Source: Pseudomonadota bacterium (GTDB lineage Bacteria; UBA10199; 2-02-FULL-44-16; JBDRGF01). Taken from it: DNA of 11,977 bases. The notes below the pieces were generated by a model, which did no database searches, had not been told where the DNA came from, and saw only the letters and a list, made by a program, of their open reading frames with translations. Position numbers and translations under genes: made by a program. The DNA lies in contig JBDRGF010000094.1 of assembly GCA_043818055.1 (NCBI GenBank), positions 1 through 11,977 on the forward strand, read 5' to 3'. This document shows, in pieces, positions 6,980 to 11,977 of this stretch (position 1 is the stretch's first letter; each line of letters opens with the position of its first letter).

Positions 6980-9187
6980 CTAATTTTCCTCCCCCCATTT
7001 AGTAAGTTGTAGTGGTCCAATATCACACGGTTCATTTTGAGGTCTCGGATTTCCATTTATATCTGTTTTAATAGGGAGTTTTATTTCAGTTGGAAGTGTT
7101 CCAATCGCCTTTCCCCCCTTCAAAGCTTTAGAAGTTTTGCAGATAAAACTGTTTTCATTTAACTGTGAATTATTGTTGAGGCAAAAAACTTCATATAGGT
7201 GATCTGAATAGAGGGGGTAGAGCGTGATGTTATTGCTTACCTCTCCGCTGAACAAATGCCCGCCCGAGTTATTATTTTTAAGTTTTAGTTTTTTAAAATC
7301 ACTGAGATCGTCGACTTCGACTAAGGGAGATTGCGGATTAGATGGGGGATATTGCAGATGAGATAAAAGATTAGAATAATCGATCATCATCGGAGTTCCA
7401 GTATTGAAGACCATATTATTGCTGAACCAGTTGATGTTGCTGAATTCATCAATAAAGATTCCAACGTCCTGTCTTACCTTGTTTTTCATCGTATGGATCA
7501 AGTTGTTGATGAGTCCTACTGTCGATTTTTTTATGACAACAGCCTTTGCACCACCACCATATACATCCTGAATAGTTTCCCCGTAGATATGATTGTTGAG
7601 CAGCATAACCTCATTGGCTCCGGATATTGATATGCCGGATGCGCTGACTGGTGGGGCTTTGGATAAGGATTTTGCTAAGATGTTATTATTTGCAATGTCG
7701 ATTAATCCTCCACCATCGATTCTGATCACACCGCCTAGCCTTGCGCAGGCTCCAGTTGATAGGATTCTGTTGTCAGAGATAGTGATGCGCTTCGATCGGG
7801 TTGTCTCTACGGCATTTTCGTTTATTACAAAATGATTGTCTTTAATCGATATGTAATTTGAATTGGTGATGAGAAATCCAGCATGTCCGGATAAGATGTA
7901 CTTGCAATCATCACTATTGTTTACTGTCTGCTCGGCATCGTAGGCGATTGGGTCTTTAATAATGAATCCTTCAAATCCGATGTTGAGAGAATCCTTAATT
8001 TCTGCGACATACGATTTGTGCTGATCGCTTTTATGATTGATCAAAATTAATGATTTTTTCCATTTTGAATCAAACTTTTTTGAGAGTCCTCCAATTAACC
8101 TTAAGTTGCTGATTTTTTCTAAAAATAGATTGCCAAAATAAAGCGAATTGTGAAGATATGATATCTCTTCATCGCCTGCGACTATTATAGCTTTAAGCTC
8201 ATCTTTCGGAAGTTTTTTAACAGCCTCTACTGCTTCACTTATTAGTTTGAAAGGAGATCCTTTTTTACCACTACCCGATGTTGCCACCGCTCTATCGACG
8301 AATAAAATATTCTCCTCTTTTATGCTCCCTCCAATCAGACCCTTCACAAATTTAAGTGGATCAGCTTGCATATCTTTTGCGAACATTCCACCTGCAGGTT
8401 TTGCTTCGAGTTCGAGCATAGGTTGCGCAATTGGTCCAACAACCGATTGAATTTGATCTAAACCGGCTTGGGCTCCACTCTTGTTTTCAATTACGGTGAA
8501 AGAGCCAGGATCGCCAGGCATCTGTTGTCCAAATTCTTTGAGGTCTGTTGGTTGAGGCATTTCCTGTAAGCCTGCTACAGGTTGTTTGTTTTCAATTACA
8601 GTGAAAGAGCCAGGATCGCCAGGCATCTGTTGTCCAGCCTCTTTAAATTCTGTTGGACGAGGCATTTCCTGTAGTCCGGCAACTGGTAGTGGGTTTTGAG
8701 CTGGTGGTTGCCCAGGAACCTCACTGAGGGTTCCTGGTTTCTGTATAGCCCCAAGTGGGCCTAGTAATGAAGGAGGACCTTTTGCAGGTGGTTGTCCTGC
8801 GCCACCCGGTTTAGGCGCTCCAGGTTGTTGAGGTGCGCCTGCTCCTCCGGGTTGACTCGGTATTTGTTGTGCATGATGAGAAATATTTTCATTTTGTTTT
8901 TGTTCTTGAAGTGGGCTGGCCTGCTGATAAATCTCCTCAAATTTTTGCTCTATCGGTTGCTTTCTGTTTACAATCTCCTCCTTTATTTCCTTTTTTTCAT
9001 CTTCAAGTAGAGTTGCTCCTTGTGAAGAGGGGGCATCTGGAGGTTGAACAGCGCTCTCTTGAGCACTTCCCGATTTGTCAGGTGTCAAAGGTGGCTGCAA
9101 CCCAGTGCAGGAATTGACACCTATGAGCGCGAGTCCGATAACTGCTAAAAATATAATGCTTTGAATATTAAAGGTTTTTCCGCGCAT
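6980..9187 (-). CDS. Lipoprotein with Pro/Gln/Gly-rich linker, DUF1565-like motif, right-handed beta-helix (pectin-lyase-like) repeats and choice-of-anchor-Q-like C-terminus
   Basis: Signal ending LALIGVNS-C; low-complexity P/Q/G N-terminal region; FVDRAVATSGSGKKGSPFKLISEAV; repeated I.I.(D/N)N.I rungs; TDINGNPRPQNEPCDIGPLQ. SD AAGGAG upstream. Confidence 0.85.
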   Translation of the reverse strand: MRGKTFNIQSIIFLAVIGLALIGVNSCTGLQPPLTPDKSGSAQESAVQPPDAPSSQGATLLEDEKKEIKEEIVNRKQPIEQKFEEIYQQASPLQEQKQNENISHHAQQIPSQPGGAGAPQQPGAPKPGGAGQPPAKGPPSLLGPLGAIQKPGTLSEVPGQPPAQNPLPVAGLQEMPRPTEFKEAGQQMPGDPGSFTVIENKQPVAGLQEMPQPTDLKEFGQQMPGDPGSFTVIENKSGAQAGLDQIQSVVGPIAQPMLELEAKPAGGMFAKDMQADPLKFVKGLIGGSIKEENILFVDRAVATSGSGKKGSPFKLISEAVEAVKKLPKDELKAIIVAGDEEISYLHNSLYFGNLFLEKISNLRLIGGLSKKFDSKWKKSLILINHKSDQHKSYVAEIKDSLNIGFEGFIIKDPIAYDAEQTVNNSDDCKYILSGHAGFLITNSNYISIKDNHFVINENAVETTRSKRITISDNRILSTGACARLGGVIRIDGGGLIDIANNNILAKSLSKAPPVSASGISISGANEVMLLNNHIYGETIQDVYGGGAKAVVIKKSTVGLINNLIHTMKNKVRQDVGIFIDEFSNINWFSNNMVFNTGTPMMIDYSNLLSHLQYPPSNPQSPLVEVDDLSDFKKLKLKNNNSGGHLFSGEVSNNITLYPLYSDHLYEVFCLNNNSQLNENSFICKTSKALKGGKAIGTLPTEIKLPIKTDINGNPRPQNEPCDIGPLQLTKWGEEN
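8481..8686 (-). repeat. Intragenic tandem duplication, 2 x 105 bp (35 aa)
   Basis: PVAGLQEMPRPTEFKEAGQQMPGDPGSFTVIENK and PVAGLQEMPQPTDLKEFGQQMPGDPGSFTVIENK. DNA copies begin at 8481 and 8586 on the + strand. Confidence 0.95.
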
Positions 9188-9229
9188 AAAGACTCCTTTT
9201 TTTAGTTGAAATCACTACAGCGCATTCAT

Positions 9230-9245
9230 TGCAAAACCCATGCCG
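9230..9245 (-). promoter_or_regulatory. Putative sigma-54 (-24/-12) promoter
   Basis: Minus strand CGGCATGGGTTTTGCA: GG-N10-GC with TTGCA, about 42 bp upstream of the ATG at 9187 and correctly oriented. Confidence 0.7.
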
Positions 9246-9285
9246 TAAATTTTAAGGGATTTAAAAGATCATATGATGCTTGATT

Positions 9286-10896
9286 CTAATTTCTCTGATC
9301 CGGCCCGATGTCCCAGCCTTCGCTTGATGGGCGGGGCTCGTCATCGATATCCTTGGAAAGTATTGTTTGAATTATTTGCCGACTGATGTTTTTTATAGTT
9401 TTTCCTTTTTTTATTGCTGGCGATTTAGAATTTAAACGGGAATCTACTGTGATATTTGATGTTTGAAATATATCGTTCCATTTTGCATTTGTTTGAATGT
9501 TATTGGAATATAAATCCTTGGTTGGTGATACAGCAATAAGCCATTTGCTCAAAATAGTGAATAAATTATCAAGTTGTGTTTGTGTGGTAACCTTTTCAGA
9601 TTTACACTCATTGTTCATAATATATCCAATTTTAACTGATGAACTGGCATTTAAGAATAAATTATTACTTAACTCATCTACCTTCGTTGACTCTGTAAGA
9701 CTGATGTCTGTGCCATCAGTATTATTCGAAGTGATGATGTTGTTAATTATGCTTACGCCGAGCTCACCATTTGGGGGTTTTCTATAATCGTAAATCCTAA
9801 TTGCTTCTGAATTTGGCTTTTCTGCAGATACGATGATATTATTTGCTATCAGATTTGGCGAAATATTGTTTCCAAGCCAAAGGCCAATAGAAGTCATCGA
9901 TGAATTGATTGGATCGTCTAAGCCGAGAATGATGTTGTTTAAGATGGAAATATTTTCATTTTCTTCGGCATAGATAGCAACTGAATGTCGTAAAGAGCCT
10001 CCTAATGCCTGTTTCATATGAGGCGATTCAATGTAGCTATTTGATAAAATGACATCTTTGGAATTAGTTATTTGCAATGTCCTGCTTGAGGAAATAACCA
10101 TCCCCTTCTGTTTTATATAAAAGCCGTCGATTGTGATATTTTCGCATTGACTGATTACAATGTTGATGTGCTCGTCAATCAATAGCTTTGTTTTTCCTGT
10201 CAAGCCTGAGAAATCCGAAGAATATCCACCAATCAGGTGGAGGTTGTTAATATTTTCAATCGGTTCCATTCGCTCATCGTATCCGTCCGATTTTGTCACA
10301 GCGACTAAAATAAAAAGCTTGCTGTTTTTTTGTGCATTTTTGATAGCGTATGAGATTGTCTTTAATGGTTGCTGTGGCGTGCCTGTATTTCGATCATCTC
10401 CGGAATCTTTGCTGACAAAATAGCTTCGCTCTACGATCGGTTTGTATTGTAATATGCGAGTTTTATTTTCAAAAGCAGTTATCGCTAGTTCACTAGGAGT
10501 AGTGGGAGTTTGATCCGCAATGAATTTCACCTCATTGGTCGATGCAGTTGTCGTTTTTTCTCCCTGAAGTGCAGTGATCGAATAACTGAATGTGTCGTTC
10601 CATGTTGGCGTGTCTGTGTATTCGGATTTTATCTTGTATTCTTTCTCGAGGATCTCGTAGCCGTTTGTCGATTTTCTGCTGATTATGTAATAGTCAACAT
10701 CCTGATTCTCTTCCCAAGTGATGAGCACTTTACCATCTTTAATTGTAGCATTAGGGTTTAAAAGGGGGGATGAGGTTACATCTAGATTTGTTTTTGAGGA
10801 GAGAAGACCCTCACCATCGCTGCACGATATGAGGAAAACTCCAATTATAGCTAAAAGAAAAATTCCTGTAACCCTTTGTAATTTTAGTAAAAACAT
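9286..10896 (-). CDS. Lipoprotein with FN3/Ig-like N-terminal domain, DUF1565-like motif, beta-helix repeats and choice-of-anchor-Q-like C-terminus; paralog of 6980-9187
   Basis: Lipobox FLIS-C; FN3-like VLITWEE..DVDYYIISRK...YTDT...YSITA; YFVSKDSGDDRNTGTPQQPLKTISYAI; NLHLIGGYSSDF (paralog NLRLIGGLSKKF); repeated I.NNII rungs; SPAIKKG...KDIDDEPRPSSEGWDIGPDQ. SD TAAGGAG upstream. Confidence 0.87.
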   Translation of the reverse strand: MFLLKLQRVTGIFLLAIIGVFLISCSDGEGLLSSKTNLDVTSSPLLNPNATIKDGKVLITWEENQDVDYYIISRKSTNGYEILEKEYKIKSEYTDTPTWNDTFSYSITALQGEKTTTASTNEVKFIADQTPTTPSELAITAFENKTRILQYKPIVERSYFVSKDSGDDRNTGTPQQPLKTISYAIKNAQKNSKLFILVAVTKSDGYDERMEPIENINNLHLIGGYSSDFSGLTGKTKLLIDEHINIVISQCENITIDGFYIKQKGMVISSSRTLQITNSKDVILSNSYIESPHMKQALGGSLRHSVAIYAEENENISILNNIILGLDDPINSSMTSIGLWLGNNISPNLIANNIIVSAEKPNSEAIRIYDYRKPPNGELGVSIINNIITSNNTDGTDISLTESTKVDELSNNLFLNASSSVKIGYIMNNECKSEKVTTQTQLDNLFTILSKWLIAVSPTKDLYSNNIQTNAKWNDIFQTSNITVDSRLNSKSPAIKKGKTIKNISRQIIQTILSKDIDDEPRPSSEGWDIGPDQRN

Positions 10897-10949
10897 CGTT
10901 TGTCTCCTTAAAAGGCTTTGAATCTGCCTCTTTTTCAGAGATATTTGAC

Positions 10950-10966
10950 TGCAACAGCTGTGCCAA
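10950..10966 (-). promoter_or_regulatory. Putative sigma-54 (-24/-12) promoter
   Basis: Minus strand TTGGCACAGCTGTTGCA matches TGGCAC-N5-TTGCW exactly, about 53 bp upstream of the ATG at 10896. Confidence 0.82.
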
Positions 10967-10983
10967 AATTGGGTTAGGTTTTT

Positions 10984-11673
10984 TTACAATGGATGGATTT
11001 TGCCATTTTTGAATTCGAAAAAAGAATTGACGATGCGAATTTGAGCCCCTTCGTTAAGAGGAAGGCATCCTAAGATGAAGTTGATAAAACTGTTTTCTTC
11101 AGAGGTCTGAATTATAGGTATCAGTTCTAGCGTTTGCCAAACTCTTTCACCTCTTTCTTTGATTTTGATAAGCGAATAAAACTCTTGAAATCGTTCACTG
11201 TATTGCTTCAGGATTTTTGAAGATCCCAGACCTAATGTGATTTTGCTGGCATTCTTGAGGATAAAAGGAACATTTGGATCATTTGGTATAGAAGTTTTAT
11301 ATCCAAGCTGGTTGAACATCTCATGTTCTGTAGCTGTTAAGGAATCGCTGCCGATATCTATGATCAAGCAGACGCGATTTGATGTCAATTTTAGCGAAAC
11401 CCTGTCGCCAAAGTGGTCGATGATTTTTGCAAGTTTGGGATTTGCAACAAGGCCCGTGTTGTTAATAGATAATTCGTGTATAATTCCTGTGGTGCCCATT
11501 CGTATCGTGTCTGGATTTATTTCGAAGAGATTTCCATGAAACGATCCCCTCCATGCATCGTAGAGCTCTTCGTCCGTAAATCTAACTTGACCATTGAATT
11601 CAATGTGTTCAGCTTTTGCTCCTGCTATCTTTGGAGAGTCATCCTCCACATTTTCAAAACGTTTAATATCCAT
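10984..11673 (-). CDS. Hypothetical cytoplasmic protein (229 aa)
   Basis: Long ORF in AT-rich DNA, fills the gap and is co-oriented with its neighbours. No signal peptide, TM segment or recognisable motif; weak SD. Confidence 0.7.
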   Translation of the reverse strand: MDIKRFENVEDDSPKIAGAKAEHIEFNGQVRFTDEELYDAWRGSFHGNLFEINPDTIRMGTTGIIHELSINNTGLVANPKLAKIIDHFGDRVSLKLTSNRVCLIIDIGSDSLTATEHEMFNQLGYKTSIPNDPNVPFILKNASKITLGLGSSKILKQYSERFQEFYSLIKIKERGERVWQTLELIPIIQTSEENSFINFILGCLPLNEGAQIRIVNSFFEFKNGKIHPL

Positions 11674-11851
11674 GTTCCATAAGAAATGATAAAATTTATT
11701 GCTAATTAACCGGCCAAAAAGTGTACTTTTTTTAGGTTGTTTTTAAGTTATTGTTTTTAAAAGATAATATTTTGTCTGTTTTTCCATATTTTTGTCTCTT
11801 CGTTGTTTTTGAGCTTTTCAGATTTATATTTTTCATAAAATTCGCAGCCGA

Positions 11852-11976
11852 AGCTGTGGATATGTGGGAAAGTCGATGAGGTTGCGAAGATTGTGGACAG
11901 GGGGTGGAAAACGGTCTCTTTGTTTTCCACGCCCTGTCCACAATCTTCGCGTCGACTTTTCCATATATCCACAGCT
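11852..11976. repeat. Long imperfect inverted repeat containing multiple DnaA-box-like 9-mers
   Basis: Left arm 11852-11912 AGCTGTGGATATGTGGGAAAGTCGA-TGAGGTT-GCGAAGATTGTGGACAGGGGGTGGAAAAC. Right arm 11922-11976 reverse-complements to AGCTGTGGATATATGGAAAAGTCGA-C-GCGAAGATTGTGGACAGGGCGTGGAAAAC. 9-nt loop GGTCTCTTT. Confidence 0.92.
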
Positions 11977-11977
11977 G

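Noticed and set aside
9268..9285. 10-bp palindrome ATCATATGAT and a partial IHF-like AATCAA upstream of the sigma-54 motif
   Set aside because: Too short to be significant in AT-rich DNA, lacks the TTR part of the IHF consensus, and is not repeated at the other promoter.
219..11682. Numerous short antisense or alternate-frame ORFs (e.g. 920-1471 -, 962-1348 +, 3541-3876 +, 5601-5915 +, 11237-11539 +)
   Set aside because: They lie within or almost entirely within well-supported genes and show no motifs; shadow ORFs.
11700..11717. Third sigma-54 promoter (TTGGCCGGTTAATTAGCA, minus strand) upstream of the 229-aa ORF
   Set aside because: GG-to-GC spacing is 11 rather than the strictly required 10.
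11732..11972. Short minus-strand ORFs of 69 and 71 aa
   Set aside because: They run through the palindrome and the low-complexity AT tract and have no protein-like features; probably spurious.

Overview
Bacterial window with two parts. Left (1-5132), housekeeping and metabolic: the 3' part of preT, then preA (NAD-dependent dihydropyrimidine dehydrogenase), a HemL-like class III aminotransferase resembling the acyl-CoA beta-transaminase Kat, a convergent YitT-family membrane protein, and endonuclease IV (nfo). Right (5129-11977), visibly more AT-rich and all on the minus strand: an orphan 229-aa ORF, two paralogous lipoproteins (DUF1565-like motif, beta-helix, choice-of-anchor-Q-like tail), each preceded by its own sigma-54 -24/-12 motif, and a Cys-rich exported protein with a Gly-rich/Cys/TM/basic C-terminal sorting signal. 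Three non-coding structures stand out: a GTAG-headed REP-like palindrome supplying the preA stop codon, an inverted pair of 8-bp tandem arrays supplying the aminotransferase stop codon, and a ~125-bp hairpin built from DnaA-box-like 9-mers beside an AT-rich tract at the right edge. The sorting signal and sigma-54 use suggest a deltaproteobacteria-type host (inference). All family calls come from motif recognition, not database searches.
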